Source: Octopus vulgaris (Eukaryota). From it: a stretch of DNA of 64,000 bases. This document shows, piece after piece, positions 1-11,575 of this stretch. A model generated the notes under the pieces. That model was not told the DNA's origin, searched no databases, and worked only from the letters and a program-made list of their open reading frames with translations. The number at the start of each line of letters is the position of its first letter. Position 1 is the first letter of the stretch. The position numbers were made by a program, and so were the translations under genes. The DNA is taken from contig OX597816.1 of assembly GCA_951406725.2 (NCBI GenBank), positions 131,068,001 to 131,132,000 on the forward strand. The letters are read 5' to 3'.

Positions 1-476
1 GAGCGCGGGCAATTAGATTCTCCCAAGTTTCAGCTGCGCATATCCAGGGAAATTAGTTTTTAGTGCATTAAAATACATAACGTTTATAGCATCTTCGCGT
101 ATAGGACCCAGGAAAATTTGTGAGGGAAAACAAGTACGTCTTAGCTGCATCAAAAGTTGATATCTTCTAAGTTGTTTGGTTGTTACAAATCTGAGTAAAT
201 CGACATTCCCAGATCTAATGGAGATTATCAACAGCTTTTCCAAGCAATTTATCCAAATAAGCAATTGTGTTTGTTTTAAGTATCAATAAACCCGGGCAAG
301 TATCCATCAACCGTTATTCTAATATATTAATTGCATTATAGAAGATTAATGTGAAGAATTCCTATACTTGATACGTAGCAAAATTACGTGGGAGATGCCT
401 ACCTTATAACAAGAGCCTTCACTCGGTATGCAAGAAACAGCAGTTAACTCTTTATTACTAACACCGAACAATCTTT

Positions 477-966
477 GGCGATGTTTCGCTTGTCGTAGCA
501 CACGTTTCCGTCGATTTCCTCCGTCGATTGTCGATTTCCTCCGTCGATTTCCGTAAAAAATGTAAACACTGAATCGGCCATACATACATACATACATACA
601 CACATACATACACACACATACATACTTACACACACAAACACACATACATAGATACATACACACACACACACATACATGCAGACATACATATACACATACA
701 CCGAGTAAAAGATTTCAGTTATCTCTCTCTTTCACACATTACTCTCTCTGTCTCTTCGCACACACTAACAGAAGCACTTCACTTACACAACATACTGTCT
801 GTCTCCCACACCCCATCAAACACACACACGGGGACTTCAAAGAGAAATTTCCTCGTCATAAAATCGCTTCCTCTTAGTCTCTTTCGCTCTCATTACTTAT
901 GTAAAAAAATAAAAGTTTTTTACGGAAATCGACGGAAACTTGTGCTACGACAAGCGAAACATCGCC
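477..966. mobile_element. Non-autonomous DNA transposon (MITE), Merlin-like
   Basis: TIRs GGCGATGTTTCGCTTGTCGTAGCACA.GTTTCCGTCGATTTCC at 477 and its reverse complement ending at 966. Exact 8-bp TSD CAATCTTT at 469-476 and 967-974. GGCGA start fits the Merlin GGNRM terminus. Interior is a CA/CATA microsatellite with no ORF. Confidence 0.85.
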
Positions 967-1989
967 CAATCTTTTTTTAAAGGAGGACACCGTTCCTGAA
1001 AATAAAATGGGATGGTTATGGTTGAATTATTTTTTATCACAAGTCAAGTCAGTCTGATTAACATGAGACAATAACCAACTGCTATGAGTGAATCTCATAG
1101 CAGATGGCTATTGTTAAAAAAAGAAACAAAAGTAGTTCTTGTATAGTATGGCAGCCTGCACTTAGCCATATGCTTTTCATGCAGAAGGCATCCTTAGAAA
1201 ATGTCCTAATGCTATTGTTTTAATTTGCTTAATCAGTGTACTTTCTTTACACAAAAGGTACTTCCTTTAGTCACTGAGATCTTGGTAGATACTGAATAGA
1301 CGAAATCTATAAGACCGAATATGCCCGGAGTTATTCTGGCGGATACCAATATTTCAATTTCAGTTTAATTTCAAAGAAAATATTTATGTAGCACACAGTG
1401 TAATTAAGAATACCTGAAATATGTATAATGCCCATAACTTTACAATTATATAAAAAACATTATATTTGTTCTCTTAACGAAACAAAGATATTTGGGAATT
1501 TATAGATTTGAAATAATTGTCCCTTATCAGAAAAGATGTACCACTATTTTTGAGCTAGCCATAACATTTAGAATCTAACTCTCAGTGATTGACATTTTCG
1601 AGAGTTATCACCCATACCTCACGGAATTAATTTTCACTAACACAAAATAATTTTTTTCATTACTGTCGCACTTAGCTATATTCATATTATTATATATATT
1701 AATGTTTCTGTAGCGTCATAAATGTTCAACTTTTCTAGTTTCCTTAAGAAATTATTCATTATTGAACTTAGGAGTTTTGTCATAATTATTATATCGCAGT
1801 CCTATATACTGTTACCAAGCAAAATGCACAATTAGCAGTGATGCTATTACTAGAAAAGGCAGCAAAATCTTCCTCAGATTGCAGCCAGCCCTGTTTCTTT
1901 TTTAAGGCAATATTGGATGCAGTTGCCCTCTGCTTGAAAAAAATTGTTTAAATGATTACCACTAAAAGCTGTTTGATTATAAGTATTTT

Positions 1990-2645
1990 CCATTAAAACT
2001 TTGGGCTAAATAACAACAGCTTCTTACTAATACTCTTCTTCCACCTAAATCCCGTCTGAACAAACGAGGGAATCCTATATGATCGTGCGGAATTCCACGG
2101 GCCAGGTAGTGTTGTTGTACCGAGCAGTGAAATGATCCTACCGCCCATCCAACTGAATTCAATCTATCAAATTTCATTCACAAGATTCAGGTCAGTCCAA
2201 AGTTAATAGGTCCACATGGAAAGGAATGATCCGAGGCTAGAAGAATTAACAATAAATACAACTGACCTTTCTGTTCCCAACAAACTTCTTTCTATACTTA
2301 ACTTACAATCTTCGACAATTTTTTCATCTCCCGCAATACCTACAACTTCTTCCACTGAGTTCCTCTCAATTATATTCTCAACTTTCTTCAGACATCCCCC
2401 TACCTATGTCACGTCCAAGTTTATTTCTTTGGAAAGCTGAACACACTAAGACAATTGCCTTTATCTGAATAACTGTGGGCCTGCTCAAATTTCAAGAAAT
2501 AAATTTCACAAAATATTTGTGTTGTCAGAATACGCACCGAACGAAAATGCCACGCCTAACCACGGCAGACAGACGGATTAGGAGTCAGGATTTCTGGAAG
2601 GTGTCTCAATTCAATACGTCTGCTAGCATATATAAGCCTCTGTGA
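1990..2645 (-). mobile_element. Possible decayed LINE 5'/ORF1 (gag-like zinc knuckle) remnant
   Basis: Minus strand near 2110-2160 reads F-S-x-W-A-V-G-H-F-T-A-R if small frameshifts are allowed, resembling a degraded CCHC knuckle. Abuts a (GT)n tract. Very degenerate. Confidence 0.25.
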
Positions 2646-2649
2646 GTGA

Positions 2650-2654
<5 letters not shown>

Positions 2655-2740
<86 letters not shown>

Positions 2741-2825
2741 CCTGCGTGTGTGTGTTGTTATGGTTGCTGGAAATATTTGTATTTATGTATGCGTCTGTAT
2801 GTACATATACTTACATACATATACG

Positions 2826-2895
<70 letters not shown>
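2655..2895. repeat. Compound microsatellite (GT)n / (AT)n / (AG)n
   Basis: Directly visible simple repeats. Confidence 0.95.
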
Positions 2896-2896
<1 letters not shown>

Positions 2897-3630
2897 ATGC
2901 AGATAAACACGGTTGGACTTGATATATACATGTGTATATACATATAGACATGTAGATTTATGAAGGATATATATAGAGAGAAAAACAAAAAATGAAAATA
3001 TTCAGAAACCAAACACGTATGTACAAGCATGTAGACATTTATATATATTGACAAATAAATTATCATAGAGTATAAAAAATATAGAAAATTAATGGAAGCA
3101 TTCAAAGTTTTATAATTCGACAGCTAGGAGCGCGAAATTACATAATAGTTACAATGTTCATAATCATTGCTTATCTTCTGAATATTTTCAACTTTTGCTT
3201 CCTCTGTTTAGCTCCCTGTGGGAAATAAAGAAATATATATATATCGAGCCTAATTGTGTTTCACTTTTTATATCTGTATCACTATATCTGTATCAGCTCA
3301 CCTGGATTCTTCTTATAGTCACTCTTTACTCCGTGGACAGAGTCCTCGATAAAAACTTCGGAATGTATGTTTAAATCATTTGAGCACTACGACGTGTTTT
3401 CTGTATTGGGATTCTCTTGATCTCATCTGTTGACTGTGTGTGTCTGTGTATATGTGTGTGTGTATGTGTGTATGTATTGTGAGGTGGGGGTGCCCGATTA
3501 CAGCGAGTAATCGTGCAGCAGGATACTCCGGTATTAAAAACTGTAGTTTTTGAATATGTAAATATATGTAAAATCGTTGACCGATGTCTAAATTTTGAAA
3601 ATATCAAGTATTTAATTTTCTGAAATATTA

Positions 3631-4305
3631 TCTATATATATAAAACTGTAGTTGTGTGAGTGTCTGTCCCCTTCGATTTAGATTCCTAACTACTCCCACA
3701 TTTTGCGGTGCAGTTTAACCAAATTCAGGTATCATATAGTCGTGATTCATATCAAGCCCGTCTGAGTATTAGCGCGCGTCTACGATGAGTCTACGATTTT
3801 AAAAATAATTTAACATCATTTTTTATTCCATTTTAATGCATAATTTTTCGTGTGTCGATGGCGGCGGAGTTGGCGTCCACGGTCACGCCTGCACCTGTTT
3901 GCTTCTCCCCCTTCTTCCCTCCCTCGTGAAGCTGTGGGGAAGGGAGTGTAAGGAAATCAACGTCGTAAAGCGTTGTCAAGGAGACCAGCGTTCTTTTAGA
4001 ACAACGACTTCATGGCTTGAAGACACCAAAACAGAAATGGCTAAGAAAGCGTCTACGATGAGTCTACGATTTTTTAAAAAATTTACCATCATTTTTTCCA
4101 TTTTAATGCATTTTTTCGCTATTATATAAGGGAAGTAACTCTCTAAAAATGTCTACGATGAGTCAACGATTAAAAAAAAAATTACCATCATTTTTTATTC
4201 CATTTTTAATGCATTCTTTTGCTAATTTTTTTGCTATAACTCTCTAAAAATGCTTATATAGTTATTTCCCTTACAAACCCGAGCAACGCCGGGCGATACT
4301 GCTAG
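3631..4305 (+). mobile_element. Non-autonomous Helitron
   Basis: Starts TCTATATATATAAAA after a host A. Ends with GC-rich hairpin CCCGAGCAACGCCGGG (4278-4293) then CTAG, followed by host T. No TSD. Internal motif GTCTACGATGAGTC.ACGATT occurs three times. Confidence 0.88.
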
Positions 4306-5298
4306 TACATTATATAAAAGCGTAAGAAAATCGATATAAGTAAAGAAGGAAATACATCAACTGAACGGAGTTTCATACGAGCTTATTGAATCAGCATGCT
4401 TTCTTTTGGGGTAGTTTTATTTCAATTTTCCTTTATTCTTCTTTTCTTTGTGTATATCTTTGTAGCAACTGGATGCATTTCAACTTATCCTCTGTCTTGT
4501 GTCCTTTGTATATTTGGATCTACATCCATTATTATCTGCTTTTCATTTTCAAAAATTAAAAAAAAAACCTAGACTTCAATTGAAAATTCTTTCGTTTACA
4601 TCTTCATGTGTTGTCTTGATTATTTTCAACGTATGCATGTTGCTGCTTTAAATTCAAAGGGTTTTCATCGTTGAAGTCCTGATATTAACGTCATCTATTC
4701 TAAACATTCTCGTATGTAAATTGAATGTACTTTGTTACCGTCTCTCTTATGTCAGTCTCGAATCCATCAAAATTATTTATACAGTGAGGAATTATACTTT
4801 TTCCAGACCGTTTTAAGATTATTGGCCATTACCAGACACCATATATCATTAATATTTTACTATTTATTTTTTTATGTTAAAATGGTCGTGTGCACGGTGA
4901 ACAGCAAGAATCAGAACGAGGGCATGGCATATATTTTCATTCTTCATATGTTCATGTGTTATAAACACATATTCGCTTGAAAACGTTGTTTTCCAATGAC
5001 GAAATACAACAGTGCTTAGCATATTCATGTTCGAATCTGCCACAATATTATGAATGCATATATATGACACCGCCATCTTTATCATAAAGTTCTTCCCAAA
5101 GACGGCAGAATTAATTAAATTTTCCCAACTGGACGAATGTTTTGCGTAAGAAGTCAGTTATGAATGTTTCAATCGTCCCTTGTTACATTGATTTTATCAT
5201 TGAAAATTGATTTTAAAAAATGATACAGTTAATAAGAATAATGAAAACAATAAATTTGAAATAATCTAAATTTATAGACTTGCAATATACTTCATCCT

Positions 5299-5446
<148 letters not shown>

Positions 5447-5689
5447 ATCAAATATATCCTTTGAGAATAAAGTGTACTGGATTTCAGATAAGTGCTCTTG
5501 ATATGAGAAATGTCTAAAACCTTAAAGGTATTTAGAGATTCAATTAGAGCAATTATATATTTGAGAGTAAAAGTAGGAAAAATTATATCATAAAATTCAT
5601 AGTAGAGATACGTCCATAATATAAACAATATTGTATTAATAAATAAAAATATAAATTATAGCTATGGTCATTTAAAAAGATTTGACAGA

Positions 5690-5757
5690 TCTTACGATCG
5701 TTTCATGAAATCCAAAGTTGATAACCATTATTAGGAAGTATATCCACTCGTCAGAGA
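5690..5757 (-). ncRNA. Candidate minimal type I hammerhead ribozyme (left arm)
   Basis: Minus strand UCU-CUGACGA-GUGGA...UUCAU-GAAAC-GAUC-GUA-AGA, with palindromic stem III ACGAUCGU. Confidence 0.55.
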
Positions 5758-5902
5758 AAAGGAGGAATTTCAGTGTTGTAAATCGAATGATAGAGATGCT
5801 ATTTAAAATCGTATGATAAAGGTGTTTTTAAACAATACTTTTATCATACGATTTTAAATAGCATCTCTATCATTCGATTCACTACATTGAAATTCCTCCT
5901 TT

Positions 5903-5991
5903 TCTCTGACGAGTGGATATACTTCCTAATAATGGTTATCAACTTTGGATTTCATTTGGGAAGGTAGTATATTCCTGAAACACTCGTAAGA
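5903..5991 (+). ncRNA. Candidate minimal type I hammerhead ribozyme
   Basis: UCU-CUGACGA-[long stem II: GGAUAUAC..UUCCUAA / UUGGGAA..GUAUAUUCC]-GAAAC-ACUC-GUA-AGA. Stem I is UCU/AGA. Confidence 0.55.
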
Positions 5992-6484
5992 TCTCTCAAA
6001 TCTTTTTAAATAATCATAGCTATACTTTATATCTTAATCTATTAATATAATATTGTTTATATTATGGACGTATCTCTACTGTAATTTTTGGGATATAATT
6101 TTTCCTACTTTTACTCTCATATATATGTATATATATGTACGCACATATATGTGTGTATATAATAAATATATATACACACATACATATACATATATACGCA
6201 TATACATACACACACAAACGCACATATATACATATATACATACATATGTATATAAAACGATATACATATGCAAGTGTACTGATACATATCCATATATGTA
6301 TATATAGTTTATAGGTTAGAGGTAGGTGTTCTCTATATAGAATATACTTCGAAGTGCTCAAGAAATTTGAACTTGACCCAGTAGATGAGCCTGTTGATAT
6401 AATGAAAAGCAAATTAGGCGAGTCGATTTACACAGAATATTAAGTATATTTAACAGAAAAAATGTGCATGTGTATGGATATATA

Positions 6485-6657
6485 ATAGTCCGACTTACAT
6501 AAAATAAATAAATGATACCAGGAGTTAAATGGGTAGAGTTTTGCGAGTCCAACAACTGTTTCTGGGGGCTTAGTGATCTGGAATAATGATAGTTAAGTAT
6601 CATTATTTCGGACCACTTAACTCTTGATATCATTTATATTCTGTAAGTCGGACTATT
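6485..6657. repeat. Inverted repeat with nested hairpin (probable PLE remnant)
   Basis: AATAGTCCGACTTACA...ATAAATGATACCAGGAGTTAA is mirrored by TTAACTCTTGATATCATTTAT...TGTAAGTCGGACTATT. Inner hairpin GAATAATGATA-GTTAAG-TATCATTATTT. Confidence 0.7.
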
Positions 6658-6676
6658 TTATATCTAGATATATATT

Positions 6677-6752
<76 letters not shown>

Positions 6753-6905
6753 CATATATATGTGTGCGTATGTGTATGAGTGTTTGTGAGTATATACATA
6801 TATCTATATTTATACATACATGCATATATGTATGTATACATACGTACATACATACAATTCATACACACACATACACATATATATATATACATATTATATA
6901 TATAT

Positions 6906-6906
6906 T

Positions 6907-6976
<70 letters not shown>

Positions 6977-6983
6977 TGTATGT

Positions 6984-7052
<69 letters not shown>
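6906..7052. repeat. (GT)n-(TATG)n-(GATA)n compound microsatellite
   Basis: Direct. Confidence 0.95.
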
Positions 7053-7053
<1 letters not shown>

Positions 7054-7501
7054 CCTACCGCTGATTTTCCTTCTCTTTGACTTTCTCTTTCTCCATCTAT
7101 CGTTCTCTCTATCTATCTATTTCCCCCTCTCTCTCTCTTTCTCTGTATGTCTGTTTCTCTGTGGGTGTATGTGTGTGTATGCGTGTGTGTGTGTGTATGT
7201 GTGTATGTTTGTGTGTGTGCGCGCGCGCGTGCTTGTGTGTGTTTATTTGTGTGGTTGTAGGTGTTTCGCTCATATGCTCATGCACACACGCATTCACTCA
7301 TCTACACTCACTCGAGCAGCGACAGATAGAAAATAATATGGGAGAGGGGGAATATAAGAGAAAGTAAGAAAGAGTGACAGACAGGCAGACAGACAAACAG
7401 ACAGACAACGTACAGTGTGTCATAAGTATTTATTCTTCAAGTGAAATAATCAGTGAAGTCTAAATCGGAAACTTAATATTAATTATCAACAATAAACTTA
7501 C

Positions 7502-7699
7502 AGTACGTTCAGACAGTCCAGAGAGTTGATAAAAATGTTTCTTTGTCTTCGGTTTTAATCGTAATTTACTCTTCGCTAACCATAGTTTTTCGATGATGAA
7601 GTTGTTGATGTCGCCGTTGTTGTTCTTGTCGTTTAGTGTGGTAATTGTTTTTTTGGTATTATTGTTGATAACTGTTGATTCGGTATGTTGTTGGTTCAT
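7502..7699 (-). CDS. Candidate first coding exon of an unknown host gene (66 codons)
   Basis: ATG in AACAAATG context with an in-frame TAA 6 nt upstream. Non-repetitive Asn/Thr/Lys-rich peptide MNQQHTESTVINNN...HFYQLSGLSERT ends exactly at a phase-0 GTAAGT donor (7501-7496). No downstream exon identified. Confidence 0.35.
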
Positions 7700-7799
7700 T
7701 TGTTAGTGTTGTGGCTGGCTTGGTAATTAGTTGTGCTTTCGTCGACACAGTCGAAACCTTATCAATTCTGACTGGAACTGAGTCATTATATGAGCGTCT

Positions 7800-7870
<71 letters not shown>

Positions 7871-7955
7871 CGTGCGCGCGTGCGCCCCCCCCCCCCCGAC
7901 TCCACATATGAGTGCATGTGTGTAGGTGTTCAAAGAAAGGTTAATAAACTGTGAG

Positions 7956-8135
7956 TGGAGACACGTGGCTTAGTAGTTAGGGTGTGGTTTCGATTTTGGA
8001 CCGGGCGACGTGTTGTGTTCTCGAGCAAAACATTTTATTTTACGTTGCTCCAGTCCACTCAGCTGGCAAAAATGACTAATCCTGTGACGGACCGACGTCC
8101 CGTCCGGGTGGGGAGTTTATACGCCATGGAACCTT
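7956..8135 (+). mobile_element. tRNA-derived SINE, family C (degenerate)
   Basis: GTGGCTTAGTAGTTAGGG head and TGTGTTCTCGAGCAAAACA...GTTGCTCCAGTCCACTCAGCTGGCAAAAATGA body shared with 24845 and 53570. Confidence 0.75.
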
Positions 8136-8489
8136 TACCTTACCTTTACTAATAAATTATGGTCAAGTTGCGTGAAAAGAAATTCATAAGTTCTAATGAC
8201 CCTACGTTATCCGCCCTACAAAAACTACAGAGCCATGCTGGAACTATACGTTGTAGAGGGCGTTGTTACAAAAAGCAAAAGAATAATGATACAAAACGAA
8301 AAGGTCAAGTTACTTTTGTCGGTGTAAAACAAACCTTGGCGCTGAATGCTCTGAAAAACTGGGAAAATTAGGCAAAAACAAGGCAGGTGAAAATAATGAA
8401 AAGTAACAGTAAAAAGAACAGCTAACACCATTTTCCAGAGAACAATTTCCAGTCGATATTCTGTGGACAGCAAAGGCAACATCTTTAGG

Positions 8490-8621
8490 CACAGTATCAC
8501 AAATAGATGAGCAAATACATCGTCCCATAACAGCGCCAACGCTTATCGTACAATATGGAAGAAAGCTTTGGTACTGTTTGGAGACGACGTATTTGCGCAT
8601 CTGTTTGTGAAACTTACTGTG
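8490..8621. repeat. Imperfect ~130-bp hairpin (palindromic MITE-like)
   Basis: CACAAATAGATGAGCAAATACATCGTCCCATAACAGCGCC is mirrored by GGTACTGTTTGGAGACGACGTATTTGCGCATCTGTTTGTG. Termini CACAGTA/TACTGTG. Confidence 0.7.
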
Positions 8622-9099
8622 TAATAATAGAAGAAAGTCAGTTTCTATTCTAGATCGAAATTTCCTTCATTGGAATTTTACCAACATCGACAAGGTATTT
8701 TTGCATGTGTGTGTATATCTCCAGTATTTGGAGTCAGTGCATATGCAGATTTGTATTTTCTGCTTCATGTATCTTCATTATGTATCTGTATGCATGTATG
8801 TATATATGTATATATGTACGTACGTACGTTTGTATTTATGTACTACGTATGGATGTGTGTATGTTTGTATGTACGTATATATGCATGCATGCATGTATGT
8901 TTGTATGAATGTATGCATGCATATTTCAATTATCCTTTTGATAGTTTAATTTTTACCATAAATAACCCTAACGAACTAATTACATAAATTTAAAACCCCA
9001 CAAGGACTTTATAATAATCTACCCTCTTTCGCTCTCTCTCTCTCTCTCTCTCCTTTTCTTTCTGCATCTTTCTCTCTGTCTCCCTTTCTTTCTGCATCT

Positions 9100-9166
<67 letters not shown>

Positions 9167-9667
9167 TTCCCTCTACCCTTACGAAATTTTACGTTTATTT
9201 AGTTCTATTTATAATTTAAAATTTTCCCTGAAAAGGATAATTGAAATAATTCATTACATTATGAAATAAATTTTTTCTTAAGATTGTCAATTTTCAAAAT
9301 GTCCGCTGTCATTACGAATATAAACCCTGATGTAGTTCCCGGGTTCTAGAAATACGTTTTAATTACTCTCCAATCACATTGGCCTAATCTGCATGTCATT
9401 GACACAACGATGTTTGGTTACAGCAGTTTTTATATGACCTTATAAAATAAGATGGATATGTTTTTATAATTTTTAAGAAGTATATAAATGACGATAAAAT
9501 TAATGTTTCAGGGTTGGAAATTTCATTTTTCCGTTTTTTACTGATTAATTTTATCATATATAGAATGAAACTTATAAAAATTTGAATTTTAAGAGTGTTC
9601 AAGGACCTTTATAATGAGTCTGTATATACTCCTATCTAATAATGTGTACGTATGTGTACTATGCATG

Positions 9668-9760
<93 letters not shown>

Positions 9761-9858
9761 GGAGAGATAGATAGAGAGAGAGACAGAGAGACAGAGAGAC
9801 AGAGAGACAGAGAGACAGAGAGAGAGACAGACAGACAGGGACAGAGAGACAGACAAAT

Positions 9859-10521
9859 ATGTTTCTTTATTAGCCACACAGGGCTGCACACAGACGGGAC
9901 AGATTACAAAGTAGAGATTTTCTTTTGGGGGGAGAGAAAAAACAGAAAAAAAAGGTGGATTAGGTTTTCGATCAAAAGGGATCGTAAAAGGGAAAGAAGA
10001 AGAAAAAATAAAAAAGGGAAAAACGATCAATAGGGATCATGTATCACAGTGTCATGGTGTAAAGTGTAAAGAGGGAAGCAGATATAGTTTATCCGTGGGA
10101 AGAAAAGCCTTCGGAAAAGACCACGGTAACCTCGGTCAATGATGTTACATGTTACCACATTTGTTTGCAACTAGGTAACCCTCTGTTTTAAATTTTCCGG
10201 GTTCATAGGATTATGCTCAAGGTGGCTTCGTCATTCATACGTGCCATCCTTGCTACATTCACCCATCTTTTTTTAAAACATTCGCTAGACAAAACTTGCC
10301 TTTCTACTCTCACTTTCCTTTTCAAGTGATACTTGAAAAAGTTGATGAGAGATTGACCAGAGAGGAAAGTGTTTGTCTCCAATCCTTTCAGACGCGTCCA
10401 CCAGATACATTCTTTCGCCATAACCACAAGGATGATGAAAATAGCTCTTCCTTCCCGTTTGAAGGAAGAAGGCGTGACAATATTGACGATAGACTCAGCT
10501 GATAAACCGACTCGTCCCACA
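9859..10521 (-). mobile_element. 5'-truncated Tx1/L1-like non-LTR retrotransposon (ORF2 C-terminus + 3' UTR)
   Basis: ORF 10203-10520 (…KECIWWTRLKGLETNTFLSGQSLINFFKYHLKRKVRVERQVLSSECFKKRW…) resembles Tx1-clade ORF2 ends. 3' UTR ends AATAAAGAAACAT. A second copy lies at 38798. Confidence 0.7.
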
Positions 10522-10522
10522 G

Positions 10523-10572
<50 letters not shown>

Positions 10573-10595
10573 AGATAGCTAGCTAGCTAGCTAGC

Positions 10596-10760
<165 letters not shown>

Positions 10761-11446
10761 TTTATTTACAAAGAAAAGTTCAATATAACTTCAAAGATTC
10801 GGCTGACTAGCTGTCATTAGGCTGTAATTTCCAAACCGATTTACTGTCTGAGGACGGTTTGTAAGACGAAACTTCGCATGAAACTTTCACCAGTGTGGAC
10901 TAACACTATCTTGATGTAAGCTTGAATGTTTTTCATGTTTAATCTATCTAAATAACAATTCGTAGTGTCCTGAAGTGTATGTAAGGATTTGAAGATTGAA
11001 TTGTCAAAATATCACGGTTGTAGTTTATATGTGCAATATTCACTGTGTGAGAATGCGTATTTTAAGTTTAACATTTCACTGTCTGTTTTGTATTTGTGTG
11101 TATTTTTATATTTGCAGTGTATTTTTTTTTCTTTTCTTCTTTTTTTTTTTTTTCATTCGGGAGATGAAGTAAGCTTGTTCATGAGAAACTCTCAATTGGA
11201 ATGCATTTGCTTTATGCTAACAGCGGCAAACATTCTTCTTGTGTAATATAACATATTTATTAATTATAAAATATTCTTACATGTAAATTCTACATAATTC
11301 CATTCTCATGCAGCGACATGGGTAATTGGCTTTTATGTCATTTGATATTAAGAAGGCCATTCTTTATCTCCCTGTTTACAAAGACAACGGGTGCTCATAT
11401 AAGTGCGTATGTGCGTGTATATGTTTGCGTGTGCACATATGTGTAG

Positions 11447-11448
<2 letters not shown>

Positions 11449-11521
<73 letters not shown>

Positions 11522-11575
11522 CAACAACAACAACAATAATAATAACAACAACAACAACAGCAGCAGCAGCAACAG
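11449..11575. repeat. (AAT)n/(AAC)n/(CAG)n trinucleotide tract
   Basis: Direct. Confidence 0.95.

Larger units (their letters stand above)
5562..6119. mobile_element. ~560-bp palindrome; Penelope-like element pseudo-LTR inverted repeat
   Basis: Left arm 5562-~5826 is the reverse complement of right arm ~5834-6119, with one ~20-bp indel. Each arm carries CTGACGA...GAAAC-N4-GTA hammerhead-like boxes. AT-repeat flanks. Confidence 0.75.

Noticed and set aside
13-264. 83-aa minus-strand ORF at the window start
   Set aside because: Non-ATG start, no recognisable motif or splice signals; possibly a decayed TE but unassignable
4355-4400. Hammerhead-like GAAAC-TCC-GTT on the minus strand
   Set aside because: No CUGANGA box or stem II at the right spacing
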